From an uncultured bacterium (GTDB taxonomy: Bacteria; Verrucomicrobiota; Kiritimatiellia; RFP12; UBA1067), in NCBI GenBank assembly GCA_902800055.1, contig CADCCW010000005.1:27217-91216 (forward strand): a DNA stretch of 64,000 nucleotides. The letters are read 5' to 3'. Each line of letters begins with the position of its first letter. Position 1 is the stretch's first letter. The translations under genes and the position numbers were made by a program. Shown one piece after another: positions 53,407-62,077 of the stretch. The notes beneath the pieces are model-generated. The model was not told the DNA's origin. It made no database searches and saw nothing but the letters and a program-made list of their open reading frames with translations.

Positions 53407-55466
53407 CGCCGGACCCTCCTGCGGAAGACTACTGCCGAAAGGACGAGAAACACCAGGAGCGGCGCCAGCGCCGCGGAGGCGAGGGTAAGCTTGAGGCGCG
53501 AGGCGCGGTCAAGTCCGGTGGAGAGAACCGCGGGGTCGGCGCTCGACGCGCCGGTGAAGTCGGTGCCGGAGAGGTAGGCGACCGCGTTGAGGAAGAAGTC
53601 GCGGTTGGCGCTGGCGCGCGCGGCGAGGGCGGCGTTGGAGACGAACGCCGCGTCGCCGACGGCTACGATGCGCGCCGGGCGGATGGCGAGGTCGCTGCCG
53701 GCGCCGGCGCCGCGCTCTGCCGCCGCCACGACGGCGGCTCCGCCGGCGCGGGCGAGGGGCAGGAACTCGATGCGGTCGGCCCCGGCGCCGCTCTCGGCCG
53801 CCGCGGAAAGCTCGAAGGAGAGCGGACGGTCGAGGACGATGCGCGAACCGGCGAGGGCGGAGGAGACCGGATGGTCGGCGAAGTCGGAGACGATGACGTC
53901 GGTGCCGGAGATGGTCTTCTGGTCCTTGAGCGGCTTCACCACCGGGCGCATTCCCCAGGCCGGCAGCAGCGGCGCCACGCCGCCGGTGCCGGGGCGCCCG
54001 AGCATCACCAGCAGCCGTCCGCCGTCGCGCAGAAACGCCTCGATGCGCCCGAGCTCGGCGCGCGAGAAATCGTCCTTCGCGCCGGCGACCACGAGGAGCG
54101 CGCAGTCGGCGGGGATCGGCGACTCGGCGGCGAGGTCGACGGCGACGTTGCGGTAGCCCTCGCGGGCGATGTCGCGGGCGATGTCGCTCAGACCCCAGGA
54201 GCCGTAGTCGTCGAAACGGGCCTCGCCGTGCCCGACGGCCCAGCAGACGTCGCGGTGCTGGGGCGGGCTCACGAGGCTGCGGAGCGCGGGCGCGAGGTCG
54301 TTCCAGCCCGCGCCGTCGGCGAGGTCGAGGATTGCGGTGCGCCGCCCCTTCTCGAAGACGATGCTGCCCTCGCGGGCGCCGAGGCGCGCCAGGCGCCCGG
54401 CGGAGCCGATGTCCCAGCGCGGGTCGACGTAGCGCACCTCGAGGCGCAGCCCGCCGAGCGAGTCGGCGGCGCGGCGCAGCGCGCGCAGGCGCCGCGCGAC
54501 CTCGCGGAAGCGCGGGTCGCGGCGCGAGAGGAAGGCGGTGGCGGAGACGGAGCCGGAGGTCTCGGAGATCGTGCGGCGGAGGCGCGGCGAGAAGTCCCCG
54601 CCGCCGCCGGAGGTGAACTCGAACGAGACGTCGAGCCGCGCCGCGAGCGCCGTGACCGCGACGGCGAAGAAGGCGGCGAGCGCCAGCGCGAGCGCGGTGG
54701 ATGCGCGGAGCATGCGCGAGCCGCGGCCGACGAGCCGCAGCGACGAGACCGACTTCGAGGCGACGAACAGGGCGAGGACGGTGAAGACGACGTAGGCGAC
54801 GGCGGTGCCGAGCGTCACCGAGCCGGACACCATGTCGGCGACGTGGGCGTCGAACGGGAAGTCGCCGAACACGGTGCGCCCGGCGGCGGAGAACGACAGC
54901 AGCGCCTGCCAGACGCCGCGGGGCAGCGCGGCGAAGAGGATAATCGAGGTGCAGAAGGACGCGGCCGAGTTCGCGAACGCGGCGCTCACGGCCGAGGCGG
55001 CGGCGCACCAGAGCGCGCCCTGCGCGGCCAGCGCGGCGAACGCGGCGATCACCTCGCTCCAGTCGGCGCCGGCGAGCGCGGCGGGGGCGAAGGCGGCGAG
55101 CGCCAGCCCGCACGAGGCGAGGGAAAGCGCCACGACGAGCAGCAGGGCGAACCACACGCCGACGAACTTGCCGACCACGAAGTCGCGCTCGCGCACGGCG
55201 ACGGAGAGCAGCAGGTCGGTGCGGCCGGTGCGGCGCTCGTCGCTCCACACGTCCATCGCGAGGAAAGCCGCCGCGACCGGCAGCAGCGCCGAGGCCGAAA
55301 GCGCCCAGAGCGCGACGACCGACGCGCTCGTCCCCTCGGCCGCCTCGAGCCGCAGCGAGAAGATCGCCGCGACGGCGGCCATGAACAGCCCCGCCGCCAG
55401 CGCGGTCGGGAACTGGCTGCGCAGCCGGCCGACGGTGCGCCGGAAGGTCACCGCGACCGGGCTCAC
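53403..55466 (-). CDS. ABC-2 permease fused to GldG-like periplasmic domain
   Basis: Six TM with DERRTGRTDLLLSVAVRERDFVVGKF (EAA-like), then YVDP, CWAVGHGE, LVVAGAKDDFSRAE...FLRDGGRLLV, IVAVGDAAF..N...NRDFFLNAVAYL. Confidence 0.85.
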   Translation of the reverse strand: MSPVAVTFRRTVGRLRSQFPTALAAGLFMAAVAAIFSLRLEAAEGTSASVVALWALSASALLPVAAAFLAMDVWSDERRTGRTDLLLSVAVRERDFVVGKFVGVWFALLLVVALSLASCGLALAAFAPAALAGADWSEVIAAFAALAAQGALWCAAASAVSAAFANSAASFCTSIILFAALPRGVWQALLSFSAAGRTVFGDFPFDAHVADMVSGSVTLGTAVAYVVFTVLALFVASKSVSSLRLVGRGSRMLRASTALALALAAFFAVAVTALAARLDVSFEFTSGGGGDFSPRLRRTISETSGSVSATAFLSRRDPRFREVARRLRALRRAADSLGGLRLEVRYVDPRWDIGSAGRLARLGAREGSIVFEKGRRTAILDLADGAGWNDLAPALRSLVSPPQHRDVCWAVGHGEARFDDYGSWGLSDIARDIAREGYRNVAVDLAAESPIPADCALLVVAGAKDDFSRAELGRIEAFLRDGGRLLVMLGRPGTGGVAPLLPAWGMRPVVKPLKDQKTISGTDVIVSDFADHPVSSALAGSRIVLDRPLSFELSAAAESGAGADRIEFLPLARAGGAAVVAAAERGAGAGSDLAIRPARIVAVGDAAFVSNAALAARASANRDFFLNAVAYLSGTDFTGASSADPAVLSTGLDRASRLKLTLASAALAPLLVFLVLSAVVFRRRVRR

Positions 55467-56173
55467 GGCTCCACCTCCCCCAGCGCCGCGGCGACGCGTT
55501 CGCAGAGCACCGCGCGGTCGGTCCCGGAAGCCGGCACCGACGCCGACACGATCCCGTTCCTGAGCACGAGGAAGCGCGTGGTCCACTTCGCGAAGTCGGC
55601 GATCTCGTGGCCGGTGACGATGACGGACGAGAACGCCGCCGCGTCGGAGAGGATGTCGCCCGCCGCCTCGCGCATGGTGCGGTCGAGCCCGGCGAGGAAG
55701 TCGTCCAGCAGCAGCACGCGCGGGCGCAGCAGCAGCGCGTCCGCGAGCGCCACCCGGCGGCGCATCCCGGCGGAGAGCCGGCGCACCGGCTCGCGCATAA
55801 GGTCGTCGACGCGGCAGAGCTCCGCCGCCTCGCCGACGCGGCGCCGCACGCGCTTCGACGGCTCGCCCTTGAGCCGCGCGCGGTAGTTGAGGTACTCCTT
55901 CACCGTCATGTCGTCGTAGAGCGCCGGGCTCTCCGGCAGGTAGCCGAGCTGGCGCCGGTAGCGGAGCGGGCGCGCGAAGGCGTCCGCGCCGTCCGCCAGC
56001 ACCGCGCCGGAGTCCGGCGCCATCAGCGTGGCGAGGATCTTCAAAAGCGTCGTCTTGCCCGCGCCGTTCTCCCCCACCACGCTCACGATCTCGCCGGGCG
56101 AGACCACGAACGACACGTCCCTGAGGACGGTCTTGCGCGCGTAGGAGAAGGCGAGGTTGCGGACGTCGAGCAT
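55463..56173 (-). CDS. ABC transporter ATP-binding protein (GldA-like)
   Basis: GENGAGKTT, GYLPESPALYDDMTVKEYL, LSAGMRRRVALA, Walker B LLLDDF. Confidence 0.88.
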   Translation of the reverse strand: MLDVRNLAFSYARKTVLRDVSFVVSPGEIVSVVGENGAGKTTLLKILATLMAPDSGAVLADGADAFARPLRYRRQLGYLPESPALYDDMTVKEYLNYRARLKGEPSKRVRRRVGEAAELCRVDDLMREPVRRLSAGMRRRVALADALLLRPRVLLLDDFLAGLDRTMREAAGDILSDAAAFSSVIVTGHEIADFAKWTTRFLVLRNGIVSASVPASGTDRAVLCERVAAALGEVEP

Positions 56174-57384
56174 CAGTCGATTTCCACTATCTGCCCGCCG
56201 GCGAGGCGGCTGCGCTCCGCCGCGAAGCAGATGAGGTGGCTCTGGAGCGCCTGCTCGGTGGTCTCGCGGATCTCGTCGGGGTCGCCGCGGCGGAGGATTC
56301 GGATCGTCTCGGAGACGAGGTTGAAGTCCCCGCCGCCGTGGCGCGAGCGGTTGGGCAGGCGGTAGTTCAGCGGCACCCCGGTTTCGACCGGGTTGTCGTC
56401 GAAGCGGCAGATGTCGAGGTTTTCGCCGTCGCCCACGATCTCGCCGCGGGTGAGCGCGATGCGGGTGGTGCGGATGTTCTTCGCGGTGAAGCCGGTCATC
56501 ACGTGGCTCACCGTGGCGCCGCCCTCGAACTCCATCGTCACCGTCTGGTGGTCCGGGACGTCGTTGTCGCTCTGGTAGACGCACTTGCCGTACTCGGTCT
56601 CCTCGATCAGCTTCTGCATCGCGGCGTCGGAGTTGTCGGCGAAGAGGTACTTGAGCTCGTCGTGGTCGACGTACATGTTCTGCGCGCTCCACACGCAGCG
56701 GCGCTCGATCGCCGGCGGGCAGTCGACGCACCGCAGGGCCGCGCCGCGCGGCATCATCTCGCGGCGGAAGAGCTTGATCGAGCCGAAGGACGACACCTTG
56801 AGGCACTTCTTGCCGATCCACCAGACGAAGAGGTCGAAGTCGTGCGAGCACTTCGCGAGGATGATCGGCGAGCTCTTCTTCGAGTTCGCCCAGTTGCCGC
56901 GCACGTAGGAGTGGGCCACCTTCCAGAACCCGGCCGACTCCTGGTGCGCGATCGACACCACCTCGCCGAGCTCGCCGGAGTCGATGAGCGCCTTGATGTG
57001 GGCGAAGTAGCGCGTGTAGCGCAGCACGTGGCCCACCACCACCAGCCGCTTCTCGGCGAGCGCGCACTCGATCACCTCGCGGCACTCCGCCTCGGTCGGC
57101 GAGATCGGCTTCTCGAGGATGATGTGGTAGCCGGACTTCAGCGCCACCAGCGCAGGCTCGTGGTGGAGCGCGTCGGGCATGGTGATCATCACCAGGTCCG
57201 CCTCGGGCTTCTCGTCCAGGCACTCGCGCCAGTCGTTCCAGTACTTCTTGGCCGGGATGGACTTGGCCTGCACCGGGTCGGCCACGCCGACGATCTCGAG
57301 CTGGTCCGGGTGTTCCTTCGCGTATTCAGCGTAGGCGCGGCCGCGGTATCCCGCGCCGAGCACGATGGCCTTGAGCTTCTTCAT
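56173..57384 (-). CDS. Gfo/Idh/MocA family oxidoreductase
   Basis: IVLGAGYRG, ITMPDALH, LEKPIS, GHVLRYT, SYVRGNW, KCSHDFD, HGGGD. Confidence 0.9.
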   Translation of the reverse strand: MKKLKAIVLGAGYRGRAYAEYAKEHPDQLEIVGVADPVQAKSIPAKKYWNDWRECLDEKPEADLVMITMPDALHHEPALVALKSGYHIILEKPISPTEAECREVIECALAEKRLVVVGHVLRYTRYFAHIKALIDSGELGEVVSIAHQESAGFWKVAHSYVRGNWANSKKSSPIILAKCSHDFDLFVWWIGKKCLKVSSFGSIKLFRREMMPRGAALRCVDCPPAIERRCVWSAQNMYVDHDELKYLFADNSDAAMQKLIEETEYGKCVYQSDNDVPDHQTVTMEFEGGATVSHVMTGFTAKNIRTTRIALTRGEIVGDGENLDICRFDDNPVETGVPLNYRLPNRSRHGGGDFNLVSETIRILRRGDPDEIRETTEQALQSHLICFAAERSRLAGGQIVEID

Positions 57385-58313
57385 TTTCCTGTCAGCGCTC
57401 CTATCGCTATGCGGATGTCCTCGGCGCGGCGGTCGCCGCCCTCGCGCTCGACCACGTAGTTGCCGCGGTAGCCGAGCGCCTCGAGCCGGCGCACGAACTC
57501 CGCGCCGCCGACCTCGCCCTCGCCCCACGGAACCTCGGTCCCCCAGGTGCCGGGATCCTTGGTCTCGCACGCGTCCTTCACGTGCACCGAGCGGATCCAC
57601 GGATAAAGCGTCCTGAGCGCCTCCAGCGGCCGCCCCTTCGCGTAGAGGATCATGTTCGCGGGGTCGAAGTTGATGCCCACGCCCGGCACCGCCGCCATGA
57701 ACTTGGCGAGGTCCGCCGCGGTCTCCTGGCCCGACTCGAGGATCAGCACCACGTCGTTCTTCGCGCACTCGTCGCGCATCCACTTCACCCGCTCGACGAA
57801 CTTGGCGAACGCCTTCGGGTCGGACTCGTCCAGGAAGCCGGCGTGCGTCGACATGTAGCGGCAGCCGAGCTCCTTGGTCATCGCCGCGCCGCGCGAGACG
57901 ATCCGCTTGTTCGCCTCCCAGGTCGCGTCCGGCACGATGCCGCCGGTGGCGCGGATGGAGTCGAGCGTCGAGTAGTCCTCGCCCACCATGCCGACCATCG
58001 TCGCCATCACGTTCCACTCGCCCGACGCCACCTTGTCCTTGACGAACTGCCAGGTCGACGGCGGCTCTGCCGCGCCGTGGCGCTCGTCCGGCGCGATGAA
58101 CGGCCCGAGCGCGAGGTGGATCCCCTTCACGCCCGACTTCTCCATCTGGACCGCGACGCCGGAAAGCGGCTCGCGCCAGCTCCAGCTGCACACGCCCACG
58201 CGCGCAGGGTCGATCGCCGCGGAAGGCGCAGTGGAGCGGCAGCCGGCGGCGACGAGCGCGACTGCGGCAAACGCCGCGGCCCGACGGAAAAGCGCAGATC
58301 TGGAAATTGCCAT
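57381..58313 (-). CDS. Sugar-phosphate isomerase/epimerase-like TIM barrel (AP_endonuc_2), predicted lipoprotein
   Basis: Lipobox VAAGC; STHAGF, LESGQE, INFDPANM, VHVKDA, VPWGEGEV, VVERE metal ligands. Confidence 0.8.
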   Translation of the reverse strand: MAISRSALFRRAAAFAAVALVAAGCRSTAPSAAIDPARVGVCSWSWREPLSGVAVQMEKSGVKGIHLALGPFIAPDERHGAAEPPSTWQFVKDKVASGEWNVMATMVGMVGEDYSTLDSIRATGGIVPDATWEANKRIVSRGAAMTKELGCRYMSTHAGFLDESDPKAFAKFVERVKWMRDECAKNDVVLILESGQETAADLAKFMAAVPGVGINFDPANMILYAKGRPLEALRTLYPWIRSVHVKDACETKDPGTWGTEVPWGEGEVGGAEFVRRLEALGYRGNYVVEREGGDRRAEDIRIAIGALTGK

Positions 58314-58325
58314 CTTCAGCCCCCG

Positions 58326-59525
58326 TTATTCGCCATAGACGCTGCCGAGCGCGTCCGAGATCATGTCGACGACGTCCTCGAGGTCGTCCTCGCCGAGCGT
58401 CAGCGGCGGCAGGAACCTCACGACGTGCGCGCCGGCGGTGAGCGTCAGGAGCCCCTGCCCCTTGAACGCCTCGACGAGCTCCTTCGCCTCGCCCTCGCAG
58501 ACGAGCCCCAGCATCAGCCCCTTGCCGCGCACCTCGAGGAGCGCGTCGTACTGGTCGACGAACCCCTGCAGCGCCTCGCGCAGCAGCTCGCCAACCTTGA
58601 CCGCGTTCTCGAGGAGCCCCTCGGACTCGATCGTGTCCAGCACCGCGAGCGCCGCCGCCGCGGCGACCGGGTTGCCGCCGAAGGTCGAGGCATGCGAGGA
58701 GGCCGTGAAGACGTCCGCCAGCTTCGCGTTGGAGACAAGCGCGCCCATCGGCAGGCCGCCGGCGAGCGCCTTCGCGCAGGTGAAGAGGTCGGGCTTCACG
58801 TCGTAGCCCTGCCAGGCAAACCAGGTGCCGGTGCGGCCGATGCCGGACTGCACCTCGTCGACGATCATCAGGAGGTTCTTCTCGTCGCAGAGCTCGCGGA
58901 CGCCGCGCATGAACTCCTCCGTCGCCGGCGTCACCCCGCCCTCGCCCTGCACCGCCTCGAGCATCACCGCGACCGTCTTGTCGCCAATCGCCGCCTTGAC
59001 GCTCTCGAGGTCGTTGTAGTCGGCGTAGGCGAAGCCCACCGGCAGCGGGTCGTAGCCCTCCTGGCACCACGCCTGCGCCGTCGCCGCCACCGTGGCGAGC
59101 GTGCGCCCGTGGAAGCCCTGGCGGAAGGTGACCACCTCGTAGCGGCCGCCGTTCGCCGCGCCCCAGCGCCGCGCAAGCTTGATCGCCGCCTCGTTGGCCT
59201 CCGCGCCGGAGTTGCAGAAGAACACCTTGCCGCCGAGCCCCGAGAGCTCCACCAGCCGCTCCGCGAGCCTGATCGCCGGCACGTTGGCGTAGAGGTTGGA
59301 GCAGTGGGTGAACACCGACGCCTGCTTCTGGATCGCCTCCACCACCTTCTTGCAGCCGTAGCCCACCGACTGCACGCCGATGCCGCTGGTAAAGTCGTAG
59401 TACATCATCCCGTCGGCGTCGCGCACCGTCAGCCCCTTGCCCGAGGCGATTACCGTCGATGGCACATACGTCGGCATCATCACCGCGCGGTAGCGCTCCA
59501 GCAGTTCCTGTGTCTTGTCACTCAT
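58326..59525 (-). CDS. argD: Acetylornithine aminotransferase
   Basis: DFTSGIGV, FFCNSGAEANEAAIK, FHGRT, EAVQGEGGV, DEVQSGIGRTG, AKALAGG, HASTFGGNP. Confidence 0.95.
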   Translation of the reverse strand: MSDKTQELLERYRAVMMPTYVPSTVIASGKGLTVRDADGMMYYDFTSGIGVQSVGYGCKKVVEAIQKQASVFTHCSNLYANVPAIRLAERLVELSGLGGKVFFCNSGAEANEAAIKLARRWGAANGGRYEVVTFRQGFHGRTLATVAATAQAWCQEGYDPLPVGFAYADYNDLESVKAAIGDKTVAVMLEAVQGEGGVTPATEEFMRGVRELCDEKNLLMIVDEVQSGIGRTGTWFAWQGYDVKPDLFTCAKALAGGLPMGALVSNAKLADVFTASSHASTFGGNPVAAAAALAVLDTIESEGLLENAVKVGELLREALQGFVDQYDALLEVRGKGLMLGLVCEGEAKELVEAFKGQGLLTLTAGAHVVRFLPPLTLGEDDLEDVVDMISDALGSVYGE

Positions 59526-60382
59526 TGGGTTATCTCCGTTCCCACGCCCTGTCGCGTGAATATTTCCAGTAAAAGTGAATGGTCCATGCGCCCGTCCACC
59601 AGGTGCACCTTGCGCACGCCCTCGCGGATCGCCGCCTCGCAGCTCTCGATCTTCGGCAGCATCCCGCCCGAGATCGTGCCGTCCGCCTTGAGGACCTCGG
59701 TCTGGGCGAGGCTTAAGGTGGAGAAGAGCGTCGAGGGGTCGTCCGGGTCCTTCATGAGCCCCGGGACGTCCGACACCAGCACGAACTTCCGCACCTTCAG
59801 CGACCGCGCGAGCGCCGCCGCCGCGATGTCGGCGTTGACGTTGTAGAGGTGGCCGTCGGCGACGCCGGTCGCGACCGGAGTCACCACCGGGACGATCCCT
59901 GCGTCGAGCATCTCTCGGACTGCGCGGGTCGAGACCTCGACCACCTCGCCCACGTAGCCGCGGTCGGGGCGCTCGATCTTCATCGCGCCGAAGATCCAGT
60001 TGCCGTGGAGGGGCTTGGCGTTCGCGCCCAGCCGGCCGAGCCGGCCGACGATGTCGGGGTTGACCACGTTGTTGAGGGTGCGCCGAACGATCTCCATCGT
60101 CTCTTCGTCGGTCACGCGCTGGCCCTCGACGAACGCCGGCTCGTGGCCGGAGTCCCTGATGGCGCGGGAAATCGCCTTGCCGCCGCCGTGTACCAGCACC
60201 ACCTTGATGCCGACGGCGTTGAGGAAGGCGAGGTCGCCGGAGATGGACTCGAGCTTCTCGTCGAACTCCATCACCGACCCGCCGAGCTTCACGAGCACCA
60301 CCGAGCCCTTGAAGTCCTGAATGTACGGCAATGCCTCCGTAAGCACCGCCGCCTTCGCCTGCGCTGTATCCAGTCTATCCAT
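59522..60382 (-). CDS. argB: Acetylglutamate kinase
   Basis: EALPYI, VKLGGS, VHGGGKAI, GQRVTD, YNVNAD, SDVPG, GGMLPKIESC, HSLLLEIFT..GVGT. Confidence 0.96.
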   Translation of the reverse strand: MDRLDTAQAKAAVLTEALPYIQDFKGSVVLVKLGGSVMEFDEKLESISGDLAFLNAVGIKVVLVHGGGKAISRAIRDSGHEPAFVEGQRVTDEETMEIVRRTLNNVVNPDIVGRLGRLGANAKPLHGNWIFGAMKIERPDRGYVGEVVEVSTRAVREMLDAGIVPVVTPVATGVADGHLYNVNADIAAAALARSLKVRKFVLVSDVPGLMKDPDDPSTLFSTLSLAQTEVLKADGTISGGMLPKIESCEAAIREGVRKVHLVDGRMDHSLLLEIFTRQGVGTEITQ

Positions 60383-60393
60383 AAATTTGGCAT

Positions 60394-60404
60394 ATTATAC
60401 CATA
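60394..60404 (-). promoter_or_regulatory. Extended -10 promoter TATGGTATAAT (argBD operon)
   Basis: 11 nt to the ATG, no SD in between. Confidence 0.78.
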
Positions 60405-60463
60405 TTTTTTCGCTTCAATGGGCACCGCCGCTGAATTTTCTCCACCGCGCAAGCACATACGCA

Positions 60464-60510
60464 ATTTGTAATTTGGCAGATTTGGCTTCTAATTATTTGT
60501 AATTCGGCGG
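60464..60510. promoter_or_regulatory. Tandem direct repeat ATTTGTAATTYGGCRG x2, 31 bp apart; candidate activator sites
   Basis: atttgtaatttggcag at 60464 and atttgtaattcggcgg at 60495. Confidence 0.5.
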
Positions 60511-60556
60511 CAGACGCCGCGGGGAAAATCTGGACATTCTGCAAAATAGACAGCCT

Positions 60557-60573
60557 TTGGCATATTTTCTGCT
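60557..60573 (+). promoter_or_regulatory. Sigma54-type promoter (-24 GG / -12 GC) for gdhA
   Basis: TTGGCATATTTTCTGCT: GG-N10-GC, 47 nt upstream of the ATG. Confidence 0.6.
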
Positions 60574-60620
60574 ATATTTGGTTAAAAAGGCAAAGTCCTT
60601 CACAAGGAGAAAACAAAAAA

Positions 60621-61991
60621 ATGAACAAGTACATTGCTAACGTCCTCGCCGATGTCAAGGCGAAGAACGCAGACCAGCCGGAGTTCCTCCAGGCGGTCGA
60701 GGAAGTCCTCACTACCCTCGCGCCGGTCATCGAGGCGAATCCGGCCTACCAGGCCAACGCCATCCTCGAGCGCATCGTCGAGCCGGAGCGGACGATCATC
60801 TTCCGCGTGCCGTGGATCGACGACAAGGGCATCGTGCGGGTGAACCGCGGCTACCGCGTGCAGTTCAACTCGGCGATCGGCCCCTACAAGGGCGGCCTCC
60901 GGTTCGATCCGTCGGTCAACCTGTCGGTGCTCAAGTTCCTCGGCTTCGAGCAGGTGTTCAAGAACTCGCTCACCACGCTGCCAATGGGCGGCGGCAAGGG
61001 CGGATCGGACTTCAACCCCAAGGTGAGCCCCCACACCCCCGGCAAGCGCTGCAGCGACCGCGAGGTGATGCGCTTCTGCCAGAGCTTCATGACCGAGCTC
61101 TTCCGCCACATCGGCGCGGACACCGACGTCCCGGCCGGCGACATGAACGTGGGCGGACGCGAGATCGGCTACCTCTTCGGCCAGTACCGCAAGATCGCCA
61201 ACGAGTTCACCGGCGTGCTGACCGGCAAGGGCCTCTCCTTCGGCGGCTCGCTGGTCCGCCCCGAGGCGACCGGCTACGGCGACGTCTACTTCGCCGCGAA
61301 CATGCTGGCGATGCGCGGCGACACGCTTGAGGGCAAGCGCTGCGTGGTCTCCGGTTCCGGCAACGTCGCCACCTACGCGGCCGAGAAGCTGATGCAGCTC
61401 GGCGCCAAGGTGCTCACGCTCTCCGACCGCTCGGGCGCGATCTACGCGAAGGACGGCATCACCCCGAAGATGCTCAAGGACGTGATGCGCCTCAAGACCG
61501 TCACCCGCGGCGAGCTCGCCGACTTCGCCAAGAAGACGAAGGCCGTCAAGTTCTTCAAGGGCGCCAACAGCTGGCAGCTCGCGGACAAGGTGGACTGCGC
61601 CTTCCCGTGCGCGCGCCAGAACGAGCTCAACGGCAAGGACGCGGCCTACCTGCTCAAGCACGGCTGCGTGCTCGTCGGCGAGGGCGCCAACATGCCTTCC
61701 ACGCCGGACGCGATCGCCGCGTTCGCCAAGGCGAAGATCATGTTCTCGCCCGGCAAGGCGTCGAACGCCGGCGGCGTCGCCACCTCGGGCCTCGAGATGT
61801 CCCAGAACTCGGAGCGCCTCTCCTGGACTGCCGAGGAGGTCGACACCAAGCTCAAGGGCATCATGAAGGCCATCCACGACAACGCCTGGAACGCCGCCGA
61901 GAAGTACGGCCACAAGGGCGACTACGTGATGGGCGCGAACATCGCCGGCTTCACCAAGGTCGCCGACGCGATGCTCGCCCAGGGCATCTAA
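60621..61991 (+). CDS. gdhA: NADP-specific glutamate dehydrogenase
   Basis: QPEFLQAVEEV, NRGYRVQFNSAIGPYKGGLRF, LPMGGGKGGSDF, DVPAGD, RPEATGYG, SGSGNVA, PGKASNAGGVATSGLEM; SD AAGGAG. Confidence 0.98.
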   Translation: MNKYIANVLADVKAKNADQPEFLQAVEEVLTTLAPVIEANPAYQANAILERIVEPERTIIFRVPWIDDKGIVRVNRGYRVQFNSAIGPYKGGLRFDPSVNLSVLKFLGFEQVFKNSLTTLPMGGGKGGSDFNPKVSPHTPGKRCSDREVMRFCQSFMTELFRHIGADTDVPAGDMNVGGREIGYLFGQYRKIANEFTGVLTGKGLSFGGSLVRPEATGYGDVYFAANMLAMRGDTLEGKRCVVSGSGNVATYAAEKLMQLGAKVLTLSDRSGAIYAKDGITPKMLKDVMRLKTVTRGELADFAKKTKAVKFFKGANSWQLADKVDCAFPCARQNELNGKDAAYLLKHGCVLVGEGANMPSTPDAIAAFAKAKIMFSPGKASNAGGVATSGLEMSQNSERLSWTAEEVDTKLKGIMKAIHDNAWNAAEKYGHKGDYVMGANIAGFTKVADAMLAQGI

Positions 61992-62020
61992 GCCGACAGC
62001 GGCAAAGAACCAAGACAACG

Positions 62021-62058
62021 GCGGGACCGGTCACACGACCGGCCCCGCTCTGTTTTTG
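62021..62058 (+). terminator. Intrinsic terminator after gdhA
   Basis: GCGGG-a-CCGGTC-acac-GACCGG-c-CCCGC stem followed by TCTGTTTTT. Confidence 0.75.
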
Positions 62059-62077
62059 CACGGACGCGGCTGCGCGG

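Noticed and set aside
8266-59070. Apparent giant fusions in the ORF track (8266-11103, 23512-25671, 21493-22746, 49429-51699, 55463-57223, 56173-59070)
   Set aside because: Their N-terminal extensions are off-frame readings through the upstream genes. The real starts coincide with stop/start overlaps and were reassigned.
60600-62018. 472-aa ORF exactly antisense to gdhA
   Set aside because: It is a codon-registered mirror of a highly biased gene, with no independent promoter, SD or motif evidence.
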